A DNA stretch of 64,000 nucleotides from Camelus dromedarius (GCF_036321535.1 NC_087437.1:74092001-74156000), one strand, 5' to 3'. Shown: positions 25,336 to 39,258, counted from the stretch's first letter. Notes: a model not told the origin generated them from the sequence alone. Numbers and translations are program-made.

Positions 25336-25811
25336 CATATAGCCTGGACTTTCTTTCGATGGTTCGACTTCACTGGTGTGAAAGCTATATGCATTCAGTA
25401 GAAACTGTACTTTTTTGAATTTTGAATTTTTTCCCAGGCTAGAAATATGTGGTATGATACTCTCTGGCGATGCTGGGCAGTGGCAGGGAGCCATAGGTCC
25501 CAGTCATTCCTTGATCACGAGGGTGAACAACCAATACAGTTACCCACACAACCATTGTGCTTTTCACTTTCAGTACAGTATTCAATAAATTACATGAGAT
25601 ATTCAACACTTTATTCTAACAGTGTCTTTGTAGTAGATGATTTTGCCCAACTGTAGGCTAATGTAACTGTTCTGAACATGTTTAAGGTAGGTCAGGCTAA
25701 GCTATGATGCTCAGTAGGGTAGGCATATTAAATGCATTTTCAGATTGCAGTATTTTCCACTTACGATGGGTTTACCTGGATGTAACCCCATTATAAATTG
25801 AGGAACATCTG
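25336..25811 (-). mobile_element. Tc1/mariner Tigger-family non-autonomous DNA transposon (MER47/Tigger5-like)
   Basis: The minus strand begins cagatgttcctcaatttataatggggttacatccagg. The other TIR is degenerate. TA dinucleotides flank it at 25334-35 and 25812-13. Confidence 0.85.
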
Positions 25812-28419
25812 TATATGACTTCTAACTATGTTTTGTCAAGGGTAAGGACTATAGTAGTTAATAGCAATAAAAGTTCGCTGAATAAGTGTGATAAGAGATG
25901 TCTTCTTGGATAACTTGTAATTTGAGTCAGGTCTTATATACTAAGTAGAAGAGAGGGAGTTCTAGGTGAAATTAACATGAATAAAAATGCTTGTATGAGA
26001 AAATACAAAGTAATTAAATGGTCAGAAGTTTTCATATAAAGGAATGGGGGGGCTCTAACATCCAGTCTGCACATTAGCCTATCCAACATCAGCCAAAGTT
26101 TCAAGATTGAGTTTCCTGTTTGTTATATAAGGAAATGTTCTACCAATACCTAAGAGCCCTGTGTTCAATTTAAGTAAATCAGTAAAATCTAACAATAGTA
26201 AATGAATGCAAAAAATACCCAAATTGTTCAGCAATACACTTGGGCTTGGTCTGAATGTCAGATCTAAAACAGATGCTGATGAAGCCAATGGAATCTCATA
26301 AGGTGAAAGTTCCCTTGTACAAAAATAAGCCAAGCCTCACCTGCAAGGAGATAACATTTAAGAGATATTAAACAGATATTACAATGGTCTATTTATAACG
26401 GACAAAGAATCTAATGCATTCAGCCTTGTGAGACTTCTTTTTTCTTTTCTGGCTTGCCAGGACTAACAGTGTTGCATGTAACTCATTTTAGTATTCATAC
26501 GAAGTGCTGCCTTCCACTGAATCTCACGTGTGTATGTATAGCCATTAGTGATGCATTACAAAGCTATCTGCCAAATGTTGCTTGCAATTAATCTGCATGA
26601 CCTTATAAATTATATCTTTGTGGTGCAGGCTCATACTAAGACAGAGGGAAAGAAGGTACAGAGGTTGAGGTAAAGACAGAAAAGATAGTTCTGTTTATGA
26701 AAAACTACTCTATAATTTCTCTAGTGACAATTTTAAATAAATAATTATAAATGTGATGAGATTGAATATGCTTATCTGTATAAGGCTATGAATATCTGGA
26801 CCAGCACAGCACAGGGTAAAAAAAGGTAAATTGGTCTTGGGTAAAAAATACTCATTAATAGCAAGAGAAGAAGGTAAAATCTGAGTTGGACATTTGGGTA
26901 GCAAAGGGTAATTAGAGTTAGAATACAACAGGATTTCTTATGACCAGTGCATAGATGAGTTTTAGGGGTGGACATAGCTTTAGACAAAATCTTAGTAAGA
27001 TCCATAACCATGAAGGACTAAGGAATCACTGGAATAGGTGGGAAATGATTGAAAAAGTTACTTCAATTTTGAAATTAGGCAGTGTCAAGCAGAAGTTTCA
27101 GATTTATTATAAACATGCCCATGTTTAGTGATGTGTGTGGAGAAACTGAGGGTGTGTGTCACAGGAGTATTTGGGTAGGTAAGACAGGAACTGGTAATGG
27201 TGGCTACGAATAGCTACACTGAAGAATTTTCATTTTATCCAGAAAAAGAAAGAGGGAGAGAGGGTATAATAAAGGTATGGATGGGATGGGGTAAAGCTGG
27301 AAGCTTCAAGAAAAATGTCATGTTTTGTGTTTAGGAAACATTAATCTGATAAAAGAACACTGTGCAGGAGAGATTACAGGGTGAGGCTCCAGGGCAGAGT
27401 ACCAAACTAGGAAGCTCTTACAATAATCCTTATGTGTTATGCCATATGTTGTTTTCCTTCCAGTGTACTGAGGCATAAAGTTAGGTTGAGACCATCTGGA
27501 TAGAAATCTCTCTAAAGGAAATTTTAACCCATGGGATTCTCCCCCTGCTGCAAAGTGGGAATTACGGTTTCTATTCTCAAGTCAGCCACCAAAATTCCTT
27601 GAATCATTAGACTGTGAGCTCTTGAAATCTCTTTAATACACAGTAGTTTACACAATATCTGGTACAGTACACAGCAGGTGCTCAACATAGCTTGTTTTAT
27701 TACTGTGTCAAGTAGTCTGTCCCAGCAGATGATAATAAAATTAAAATCATATGCCATCATTTGAAATTATATTATGTGTATATCATGTGTTTATGTAGTA
27801 AAGCTTTTGAAAATCTTATCTAAAAATACAAAGTTTAAAATAAGACAACATATTAGATCTGTTTTGTAAATAATTTTAAGTGCTCTCCCGCTGTGAAGTG
27901 CCATTAGAAGTTCTAATAGTACCTACATTATACCTTATTTTTTCCATATCTAAGGACTACAGAATGCTTAAGTTATTGAAACTGGTAGAACATAATTAGG
28001 CAATTAATATGTATACAAGGGTCAGATTTGTTTTTACCCAATTAAAACTGTAGGTAATGAAAAAAAGTAAGATATTTCCTACCTACAAATAGAGTTAGTC
28101 TAATTGAGGTGCTAAAATAAATATCCATTATTGAGCAGGTACAGGTTAGAAAAAAAAGAATGAAATTAAATATGCATATGTATGATACAAAGTCATACAA
28201 AATATTCAAAGTTTTTGTGGTGATATTACAGTCATTTTACAGGGTCGCCTTTTTGAATAGTGCACAGTATTATTTATTGTATAAGAAATCAGAATCTTCT
28301 GATGGCCCCAGATAAAACTCATTCACTGACTCTATTTCTTTTTGTGATATAGTCAGAATTCTAATGCTTAGTCCTTAAATAGACTCATGGCTCATGGGCA
28401 GTAACTAGGTAAATACAGT

Positions 28420-29910
28420 GACTCTTAAAAGTAACATTAAGATCCCAGTCAAAGCAATAAGGCAAGAAAAACAGAAACAAATAGTAAAAGTTAGAAAAAT
28501 AGAATTGTCATAGACAAAGCAATTATAAATAGAAAATCCAAAGAAATCCATAGGCCAACTACTAAAATTAATATGTAAATATAACCACATCAGTGGATTC
28601 AAGGTGAATGTATTATGTTTAATAATACAAAGTTAATACTTTCATAGGTCAAAATAATTAATATTAAATGTTTTATGTGGTTTAATTTAATGTATTAATT
28701 TATTTTTATATATCAGTATTAGTGTATAGAAAATAAAAGTTATAAAAAGATACCATTTATAATTGCATCAGAAAACATCAAATGCCTAGGAATAAATCTC
28801 CTAATATGCAATAAATCTAATGAATTTATTAGGATTAATCTAATAAATAAATCTAATAAAAGTTGTGTAAAACATCTAAGTAACACACATACAGATACAT
28901 ATATAACATTATATTTATGTTTGTAAAATAAAATACAATTCTGTTATATATTTATTTATATTTATGTATAGAAATTACATATAGGTGTGTGTAGACAGAG
29001 AATTAGAGAGAGATTTTAAATCTTTGAATACATGCGGGATGTATCGTATTTCTAAATATATGGAGGAATATGTGATATGAATGGGTTGCAAATTTTAATA
29101 CTGCAAATATAGTGATTCTTTCCAAATTGATCTTCAAAATTCACTGTAATCCTAAAAAGCTTTGTGTGTGTGTGTGTGTGTGTGCTTGTAAACTGATAAG
29201 CTGATATTACATGAAAAGAAAATGGCAATCTTAAAGACACAAAATGTTGAAAGACTTAAACTGCTAAATATCAGTACCATACTGTCTTAGAATAAAGCTG
29301 TATTACTTATTACAGCGTGAAGTTGACATAACTATAGGCAAATCAAATTAACATATGCAAGATCATTTTAGTGCAACTGTGAAAGGATGGTGTTTTTTTC
29401 AACAATTCAACTCCTTCATAAAAATGCAACAAATATATATATATATTCACCAGAAAAACATACAATAATGTTTATAGCAGCACTACTCATACCCTCTCAA
29501 TTCTAGAATCTACCCAAATATCCAATAATAGAATAAATAAATTGTGATATATTCCCACAGTTATCACATAGCAGTTATAATACAGCAACTATAAAGGTAC
29601 AAAGCAAAAAGCTGAAACTCATGACTATAATATTGAGTAAAACAGGTCAGATATTTAAAAAGTACATACTATATGATTTAATTTATGTGGTGTGTAAAAA
29701 GAAAAAAAAAACTACAGTGTTAGAAGTCAGGTTAATGTTTGCTTTTGAGGGTAGTGACTGAGGAGGGGCACTGGAGGCCTCTGTGGTGTTGGTAATGTAG
29801 TATTTCTTGACCTGCATGCTGGTAACGGGGATACATTCACTTTGTAAAAATTAACCTGTATAATTATGAAGTGTTTTTCTACATATATCTTATCTTAGTA
29901 AGATATCAGT
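28420..29910 (+). mobile_element. Ancient L1 (ORF2 to 3'UTR), highly decayed
   Basis: Recognisable L1 segments in colinear order, e.g. gcaataaggcaagaaaa, aaatgcctaggaataaatct, aatgtttatagcagcact. Confidence 0.8.
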
Positions 29911-30419
29911 AAATAAATATTAGTAAGAAATATTAGTAAAGATATATTAGCAAGAAATTAGTAAAATTTTCAAAATTTTGCCTTTAACACCATTGTTTTG
30001 ATGGCATGAGCATCACACACAAATGAAAGCAGTAGATTTTTCTGTTAGCTGTTAAATAAAACAAAACTTAGGCAAAGGAAGGATGCATTCTGAAGTAATC
30101 TTTAGCAGACTTCCTCATTTTGACATTTTTGTAATTTGCATGTTGCCATCTTTTAGTCTTATTATTCAAGTGTATAGAATAATTTATCTTCAAATATTGC
30201 TAAATAAACATAAAGATATGCCCTTACATAAACTTATAAATCTAAGTGATGTATATATCTTCATTCATCATTTCTTTTTCTTCCTCTGAGCCTCATATTG
30301 TGTGCTTTTCATTCTGTAAAGGTCATGATGGCTCATAAATCCTATCACTGACGAGAAATTAAATTCATTTTCAAAAAGCAAATATCTGTCACTTTACTTA
30401 GCTTGAAGAATATTGGTAG

Positions 30420-31250
30420 TGGAAATAAACATTCACTGTTTTATGGACATTTGTAGACATTGGATAATTTATATAGATATTCTGCCCTCAAGGAGGTGGA
30501 TCATAACTTCCTTAGTGTGGGTTGTGCATATTAATGTCTATCCATGTTACGTTTAGTTTTCATATCTGCTTTAGCTCCTCTTGGCTGTGACAGTTTCTCA
30601 GATTTTATTTGTTTTTAATGACCTTGACAATTTTGAGGAGTATTGGTCAAATATCTGTAGGATATCTCTCTATTGGAAAGGGGCAAACAAGAGTAACTTC
30701 ACAGTGGAGAAATCTGATAAACACTACCTCACTCAGATGATCAGGGTCCACATCAGTAAGTCCTGTCGATAGTAAAGAGCCATGATGTGATGTGATGTGA
30801 TGTGATGAAAATGGCACTCTAAATCTGTAGTCTTTCTTCCCAAAACCCAAAACCCCAGTGTAATCATGAGAAGAATATTAAACAAATGCCAATAGAGGGC
30901 ATTCTACAAATACCTGATTAATATCCCTCAATACTGTCAGGTCACAAAAAATGTCTGAGAAACTGTCAAAGCCAAAAGGAGCTAAAGCAAACATGACAAC
31001 TAAATGTAACATGGTATCCTTAATGAGATTCTGGAACTGAAAAAGAACACTTGGTAAAAACTAAGGGAGTCCCAGTAAAGCATGGGCCTTAATAATGTGT
31101 TAATATACTGGTTCATTAATTGTAACAAATGTACTATACTAATGAAAGATATTAATAATAGGAAACCGGGTGAAGGGTATATAGAACTTTATACCATCTG
31201 TAACCTTTCTGTACATCTAGAACTGCTCTAAAAATAAAGTTTATTTTTAA
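30420..31250 (+). mobile_element. Old L1 (L1MC/L1MD-like) 3' end
   Basis: gtaacttcacagtggagaaatctg, cccagtgtaatcatgag and the terminal ctaaaaataaagtttattttt. Confidence 0.75.
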
Positions 31251-31514
31251 AAAGAAAAATGGATTCCTGTATATGCGTGTGTATGTGTGTGTTTTAAAGA
31301 GCACAAGGTACACTATACAGAATATTACTTGATAATAAACAGAGAGAAGAACAGATACTTTAACTTCTTGACCATGTGTCTTTTTATCTACAATTTAATA
31401 AGCAACATCTGACATTATGAAAGATCACATATAAAGCAAGTGAAAAAAATTAATGAAACATTTTAAGTTGCATGTTCCTTTCCCTTTCATATACAATATA
31501 ACTTTAATAGAAAT

Positions 31515-31640
31515 ACAGCACAGTGGCTAATGCTGGGCTCTGGATTTAAGCTATCTGGTATCAAATGACAGCTTCATCACTTTCTAGCTGTGATTCCTTG
31601 AGTATCTATTTAACCTGTAAGTACCTCAGTTTCTCCCACT
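31515..31640 (+). mobile_element. MIR SINE
   Basis: acagcacagtggctaa...ggctctgga...cactttctagctgtg...cctcagtttc. Confidence 0.75.
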
Positions 31641-31649
31641 GGTTTAAGG

Positions 31650-32600
31650 ACTGAGCAGTGGGTGACCCAAGGAAACTGCTTATTAAAAGCTGAAAAGGTG
31701 GCAATACATGGCATGCAAAACATTTTGTAAAGACTTGCCAACAGTAATTTGGAAGACATATCTTATACCTAACAAACCTGTAACCCTAGGAAAAATTTGA
31801 AAAATGAACAATTAACAGAATGTGTTGGGATGTTGTTGGCAGAATATGGCAATTATTATAGAAAAGAATTGATATCAGAAAGAATTATTTGATTTTCAAG
31901 CTGAAATAAAAGAGAAGAGTCAAGTTTAGAAGAAGCAACTACTTTTCAATCCCATTGCTAAAAACTGAGAAAAGTGTCCCAGACAAAAGCTAATTAAAGC
32001 AATCTGATCCTTGAACAAAGTTTAAATCAAGGGCACTGCTATCACATCCAGTATTAAAATTTCTGGATGGTTTTAAGATATCATAGTTTAAAGGTTCAAC
32101 TCTGGATGGGTTTTGCAAAAAAAAAAAATGTCAGCTGGATAAATTGGCTCAAGAAAAGACTAACCGTGTAATTCTCCTCTGAAGCCCCAAAGACCAAGAT
32201 CTCTATGATTAAAGAGAGAAGAGAGAAGAGGGGAGGTGGGGAGGAGAGGTGACTAGAAGGGAGGAGAGGAGAGATAAAAATCAATTATCAATTATTAATA
32301 ACCTCCATGGGGGATAAAAATCAATGCAATGTAACTACTCTGAATGTGGCTCTTGACACATGGAGCTAAGTATAAACAAACAGGTAAGAAGGTAAATTCT
32401 TAAAAGTTCTGTACTGCCAAAATCCCATCAGCCTGGGCTAAAAGAGATCATATCTGAAGGAAATTTGAAGCAACCCTTGGCCCCCCACCATCTACCAGGC
32501 ATATTTTCTAATGTCTACTTCAAATGTGACCAAGGGAGGCTAAGTCAACGACTACCGAGAAAACAGAACAGGGATGTGACCCCTCCCAAAATCGTAGCTT
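31650..32600 (+). mobile_element. Probable MaLR internal-region relic
   Basis: General resemblance to MLT-int sequence; heavily decayed. Confidence 0.4.
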
Positions 32601-33040
32601 AACTAAAGAACATTGTGTTCTGGAAATAAGCTACCTTAAAAACAGCTGTAAAAGATATAAATAATTATGTGGAATCTATAAATAAGAAATAATAAAATTT
32701 TACTTAGAGATACAGAAGAAATATATTTGACAGTAGATACAGGAAAATTTAAATAGCATTTTCCTTGGAATTTGGTAAATATATTAGCTACATTTAGTAT
32801 ATAAAAATGTTGCAATGTAAATCAATAGTGAATAAAATAATTTCTTAATAAGTGATACTGGGTTAATTTGTTAACAACTTGGAAAAATCCCAACTTATAC
32901 AGTAACATTGTATCTTATACTAACATTGCCTTATATTTAAATTAGTTCCTAGCAGATTAAAGAGTTATCTATAAAAATTAAAAAAAAAAACTCATAAATG
33001 AATGTTTAAAGCAGAAAAGCAAAAGAAGGATTCCCAAGGA

Positions 33041-33925
33041 TAACTGTGCTTCTTCCTTTCTTATTTGGATGCCTTTATCTTCTTGCCTAATTTCTCTGGC
33101 TAGGACCTTCAGCACTATGTTGAACAGAAGTGGCGAGAGTGGGCACTTAAAGGAAAAGTCTTCCAATTTCTAAAAATTGAGTATAATGTTATCTGTGGGC
33201 TTTTCAAATACGGCCTTTATTGTGTTGAGGTAAGTACCTTCTATACTCTAATTTGTTGAGGTTTTATTAATTTTTAATCATGAAAGGGTTCTGGATCTTG
33301 TCAAATGCCTTTTTTGCATTTATTGAGATGATCATGTGATTTTTATTCTTCATTCTGTTAATGTGGTGTATCACACTGATAGATTTACATATGTTGAACA
33401 ATCCTTGTATCCCAGGGATAAATCCCACTTGGTCATGGTATATGATGGACCTGGAAAATACTATGCTAAGTGAAAAAAGCCAGACACAGAAGGACAAATA
33501 CCACCTGGTACCACTCATATGAGGAATCTAAAATAGTCAAAAATCACAGAAACAGAGGGTAGAACAGTGGTTGACAAGGCCTGGGGGGAAAGGAAATGAG
33601 GTTTCAGTTGTATAAGATGAGTAAGTCCCAGAACCCCTGTGTAGCACAAAGCTTAACAACACTTTATTGTATATTTAAAATTCTTCCAAGAGGAGAGATC
33701 TTACATTAGATATTTCTAATCCTGTAAATAAATTCTTAAAGAGAAAGAAACAAAGAAAGCAGACAGGTGGTAGAAAAGTGTTGGAGGTGATGGATATGTT
33801 TATGGCATAGATTGCGCTGGTAGTTTTATGGATGTACACTTCTCTCCAAACTCATCAAGTTGTATATATTAAATATGTACAGGATTTTATATGTCAATCA
33901 TACCTCAATAAAGCAGTTTAAAAAA
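33041..33925 (+). mobile_element. 5'-inverted (twin-primed) L1 inserted in an older L1 relic (~32650-34760)
   Basis: 33041-33446 is ORF2 RT on the minus strand ([24 protein letters not shown]). 33444-33925 is a plus-strand ORF2 end and 3'UTR ending atacctcaataaagc. Confidence 0.8.
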
Positions 33926-35402
33926 TAATTTACAATGAAAATATTTATAAATTTGACCACATATTTTCCAAACATTAAAAAAAATCTTTTCTTAATAAAA
34001 GACAAATAATAAACAAATATACTCAGAACTGTAAAGGCTGACAAATTAATATCTATAATTATAATAACAGAACTGCTAATTAATACTATAATAGAAAACA
34101 GTCAATAGAAAATAACAGGAAGACATTTCATAAAAAAGAAAACAAATCACCAATTAAGGGAAATGATCCATAGCATCTGCAATAAAAAATAATGAAAGAA
34201 ACAACAGAATAATATTTTTCCTTTGTTTTTAAATGATATTTAATGCTCAAAAATTGTAATAATATTAGAACCCTTAGTAACTAGACAACAATTTGGTGAT
34301 ATGTATCAGAAAGTAAGTATATTCTCTTTGGATTAGCATTACAATTACTAGGAATCTAGCCTATGGAAATAATCACAAAGAATTCAAATGTTTATAGCAA
34401 TACACAGAAATGGAAAATTAAAGCAAAGTAAAAGTCAAATAAATAAGGAGGAAAACTAAGGGTCATTATGATAGAATATCATAGAAATAGTGAAAGTCAT
34501 GGTTCTGAAATTATTAAATAACACATGAAATAGTAAGTGAAAAAAGCAAAATGTCATGATAAACAGTATGATTCAAAATTCATTTTCATACATATTTTCT
34601 TGTACATAGGTGCTATAATTTTAGGTAAATATGGAAAGGAAGTAATACATTGACACTGGTTATTCTCAGTGTTTGATTATCTGTCATTTTCACTGAATTT
34701 TTATACTTTTGTTTCTAATTTGCTATTGTAAATATGTATCACTTTTTAAAACATAAATGCAATGGAACTGTTTTAAAGCAATTATTAAAGGTATATTTCC
34801 AAGTTAAAACATGGTCAACGATTTTGGAAAAACTGATAAACTGCCTCATTTTTCCCAGTGTAAGACAGAAAACACCTATCTGAAGAGATCGATTAAAACA
34901 CAAAGTTTATTTAGAAATTTTCTATATGAACTAAGAATATTTTTTATGTTTTTTTATATATAATTTATCTTACCTGTACTTCTAGGAGTAATGTGGCTCA
35001 TATTTAATAGGTAGCTGAATATTGTTAATTATTTTACAAAGGCTGTATTTTTAATTTTTAAAAATCAAATTTTGTGAAAAATCTAAGATATTATTAAGTA
35101 GACAACAGCAATCCCATGAAACATGCATAGAATATAATAACATTTATATTTTAAAACTTACATAATAAATTTTAAGTAAATATATAGATATTCAATTACA
35201 ATATAACCGAATTCAAAAGGTATGAAAAAATACTCATTAAATCACTAACAAGTGTCAGCTCTATTGAAGAGACTGAGGGATCAGGCCAGAGTCAGTGGTC
35301 AGCAGGGCTCTGGCTCTGTTGTTGGAAATTTCTGCATTAAGAACATAGGTATTTAGTGCTTATGTTATTAAACATAATACATAGTATAAAGTATTATTTT
35401 TG

Positions 35403-35521
35403 TACCAATGAACTTATGTACAAAACAGAAACAGAATCACTGTTATATATAAAACATATAACTAAATCACTTTTCTATACACCTGAAATGTAAATCAATT
35501 ATACCTCAATAAACTTTTTTA
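35403..35521 (+). mobile_element. Very short, internally deleted L1 3'UTR insertion
   Basis: Flanked by aaagtattatttttg (35388-35402) and aaagtatcatttttg (35522-35536). Ends tgtaaatcaattatacctcaataaa. Confidence 0.75.
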
Positions 35522-35664
35522 AAAGTATCATTTTTGGATCTCCCATAGTCTAACTCAAAAGATAAAGAACATGTTATAACCTGTAAAGATGTAGAAAGCA
35601 TGGCTCACAAAACCTTGGCTTTGAGAATCTGTGACCTCTGTAAAATCTTCCTATAAAATTCCCA

Positions 35665-35857
35665 AACTGCTTCCTTCAAAGTGTGATCCTTGGACCAGCT
35701 GCATCAGCATCACCGGGGAATTTTTAATTATGCAGATTCCTAGGCCCCATACCAGACCTTCTGGATCAGACACTCTGAGGGTGGGGCCCAGCAATTTGTT
35801 TTATTTTAACAAGTCTTCTAGGTTCTGCCAGTACACACTGAATGTTGAAAATCATCT
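35665..35857. mobile_element. hAT-Charlie MITE (MER5A-like)
   Basis: tcaaagtgtgatccttggaccagctgcatcagcatcacc...tcagacactctgagggtggggcccagcaat. Confidence 0.85.
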
Positions 35858-38800
35858 TTTTAATGAGTTACTATCAGAAGGTGGCTTTATAACAAATCAA
35901 TTGATTTAATTAAAGAGACTGCAATCTAACTGTACAATTATTGTTAAAATAGCAGCACAGAACAGTATTAACTGCAGTGGGGCCACTGCAGTAAACACCA
36001 GTTGTCTATTCCAAATCCATCTTTACTAAAGAGAATTTCAGTTTTTTTCCTCAGTCCATCATAGAGGGTAGCCATGTTAACCTGTTCTAGTCAGTATGCT
36101 ATAAACAAATGTAAACATTTTTAAAAGCATAAATATTCAGCTGACATGTTTTTGTTTTTTTCTCCTTCTTTCTTGGCATGTGGACAGGTTGCCTATAGGT
36201 ACAGCGGCATCTTGAAACCATGAAAGCCATGTGCTAAGGATGGTGTGAAAGAAAAATTGCAACTGGCTGGGACATTTTTAACATCGTAGGCATCACTGCA
36301 CAGACCACCACAGTTTATCTTCAGATTTCAAAAGTAAACTCTTAGACAACTGAAGACAATCCTAACAAATACAGCAAATAAATACAGAGGTTCAATTTGG
36401 GTCAGATAAAAGGGGTAAAATAAAATGAGATGTGGAAAAAAAAAACAGAGAAATGAGAGATACAAAATATATATGGGGCAACAGAGTAAAAGTTGACAAA
36501 GATCAATAAGAATGACATTCCACTCAATCTATGCTTTAGATCCTCTAAATTTAGATCTGAATTTTAGTTATTACTCTGTTATAAATGAGCCTGCCAGTGT
36601 TAGGCTCTGTGCCTGGCCAGCAACCGCTTTCACATTTATATTATTTAGGGTGTCATATGACAGTTTTTTCATACAATCAGGCAAAAGCCCCCAGTAGACT
36701 TGAGCTTCTTGTTGATAACAAGGCCACACAGCAGACACACAGAAAGAGGAAGACAAGATATAGGACTTCATCCTGCTTAACTGCATGCTCTTTGAGATCT
36801 GCAGTTTCTGGCAGGCCTTAGCCATAACCAGGGGCCTCTTTTCAGTCTTGCTTAAGAAATTCTAAAAGATGATGAATATTATTTATAAGAAAAATATATG
36901 TAAAGTAAAAAAATTTAGTCTCATTATTTTGTTCCAACTTTTCTCTTTTTTAGCTGGGAAGATGACTCCCCACAGCACATCCTGGCCTTGCACCCCAGTA
37001 TGCAATAGGAACTCTCTCCCCTAGATAGATACCATTCTCTCACACTTTGAGCTCTTGATTTCAGATATAGTTGCAATCCAGAGCTGAAAAGCCTTTCCAC
37101 ATGGCTTCTCACTTCCTATTACAAAGGTGGGCTAATTCAATATGGCTTTCTTGGTACAATACTGTCTGTTGATGGTGGTGATTTCACATCCCATCCTGAG
37201 GCCAGTGGTGTATTTATTTCCAAAGAAAGCTTTTTGCCACTTATTTTCCCCTTCTTATAATAGCAGCAACAACTCTAGCTTTTGGCACGAAACATAAAAC
37301 AGCACTACTTACTATTAGATCTGTGCCAACTTTCTACAGCCTTGTCTTTTTTGTTTCCACCTCTCGAACAGTGGATTAAAGGAATAACTTGCAGTAACAT
37401 TTATACCTATGGTCTGAGAATCAGGAAGACACAACTAAATGTATGGTGGGAATTTTCTGTTGTTCAACAGGATTTGAAAAGTACAAACGAAAAAAATACT
37501 CATTAAGGTAACATCTATTAAGTCCCTTTCCTGACCTCTCCAGCACTTTGGAATTAAATTATATCCTTTCAATGTCTTAGATCTTTCCTAAGTCATAGCA
37601 CATCTGCTCTGTAGCTCCTGTGATAACTTCCTGAGAGCATTCTGTTTGACTCCAGCTAGTGGAGTTGCATATGTTCCGAGTAGGCTGCATAAACGGCTAA
37701 TTTTGTCCTCCTTTTATTCACACCATGATGGGCGTATTTTCTTCTACAAGGATCAAAGAATCTTACACTTTACCAATAAGACCCCAGAAGATGACCATTT
37801 TCTCAGTTATTCCTATTTTCTGGACGGGAAAATTGAAGCATAAGAAGGCTTTGGTTTTTGCACTGAAGTGTAGTGCTCCAACTGAGCACGTTTCTCCTCA
37901 AAGACAGTGAATGGTCCTATTGATATTTACAAGAGCACTATAATTCCAAGAGAATTAAGTTGAAAGGGGGAACAGAAATACGGTGCCTTGAATGTGGAGC
38001 ATTGGTTCTTAAGTGTTCTTTTTCTTCCATTAACTGTATCTGCTTTGCTCTTCAACTTCAAGAGAAACTGTCCCTGTTCACAGGAGGCTAAAAAATGTCT
38101 CAGAAAATTTCAATGAGTACTTATAAAATAAAGATGTTTCCATCCACCAATATATCTATCCTCAGTGACGACTCACGGATTGGTGCAGGTGGCCTCTTGA
38201 TTAACAATACACTTCACTGAAGTGTGACCTCTGACAAGCAGGAACAGCCTTCCTCAATTTGGTGTGAACCAGCAGTTTCCTCTATGTCCAGTTCTCCTAT
38301 AATGCATCAGGAAATGCCTGTCATATCCTGAAATACTTGGCATTTTAATTCTGATAGGAGGGAGTCCTGCAGGTACAATGTAAACTAACCTTGTTCAATA
38401 ACATACAACTTTTTCTCCTTCAGAGTATTTTAATCATTACTGATGAGTGCAGAATAATTTCATATCATGGTAGCACTATTTGGAAATGTGTAGTAAATAA
38501 TAAACAGTTATTAAGTTGAAGATACTCTTCTTTTTCACTTCTGTTTTAAAAACTTATTTCCAGATTTTAGCTCTGATTTTTGAAAAAACTTTATACTTTA
38601 GAGTAGCAAGTATTATCATTTCACTTCTTGATCTTTTCCTCAAAATATTAATCAGTGTCAAGACAATGTAAAAATTCTTAGTCTGTTAACCCATTTCTCC
38701 CTCAGTAATTAAACTTGACAATGAATTTTGCATATATTTATCTCATATAAAAGTTCTGACAGTGAGAAATGTGGGTCCCATTATCCACAATTTATTACTC

Positions 38801-39037
38801 AGTATTGTTCAATTTATTATTTATTCATCCCAGTTACATGAAAATTTCAGAACTGCTAACAGGTAATGCCTATGAGAAAAAAGTTACCAATTACTGTAAC
38901 AGTGTTTATACAAAATTCTCTTTGTTCTAAGCTTTACATTCTCCTGTCCAAACAGTTTTTGAAAATCAGTCAGCTAATTTTTTTCTTATCCCCTTCAGGG
39001 AAGTTAGATTCAGATGCCACAATCTGCACTTCATCCA

Positions 39038-39258
39038 GGATTTGGAGATATTTAGTCCTGTCCAAAAGGTTCATAAGACATTTGGTCCACTCTCAGAAAT
39101 CCTTGAAATTTGGTCCTATCTGAAATGCCCATGAGTATATTTGGTCCATGCCAAATGGTTTTGGACAGAACCAAATATCAAGGAACTTTTGGCATAGACC
39201 AAATGTTTCCATGCTCCATGGATATTTTGGACAAGACTATATGTCCTGCAAGGTATCC
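39038..39258. mobile_element. Foldback-like MITE with ~30-bp subrepeats, family unassigned
   Basis: Four forward atttRgtcc units and three inverted copies around a centre at ~39157 (see findings). Confidence 0.65.

Noticed and set aside
36930..37130. Strong plus-strand acceptor (ttctcttttttag) with a possible exon
   Set aside because: The best-looking frame contains stops and I found no phase-compatible partner exons.
39050..39242. Regularly spaced short repeats superficially like a CRISPR array
   Set aside because: Mammalian context, degenerate units, half of them inverted, no real spacers and no cas genes.
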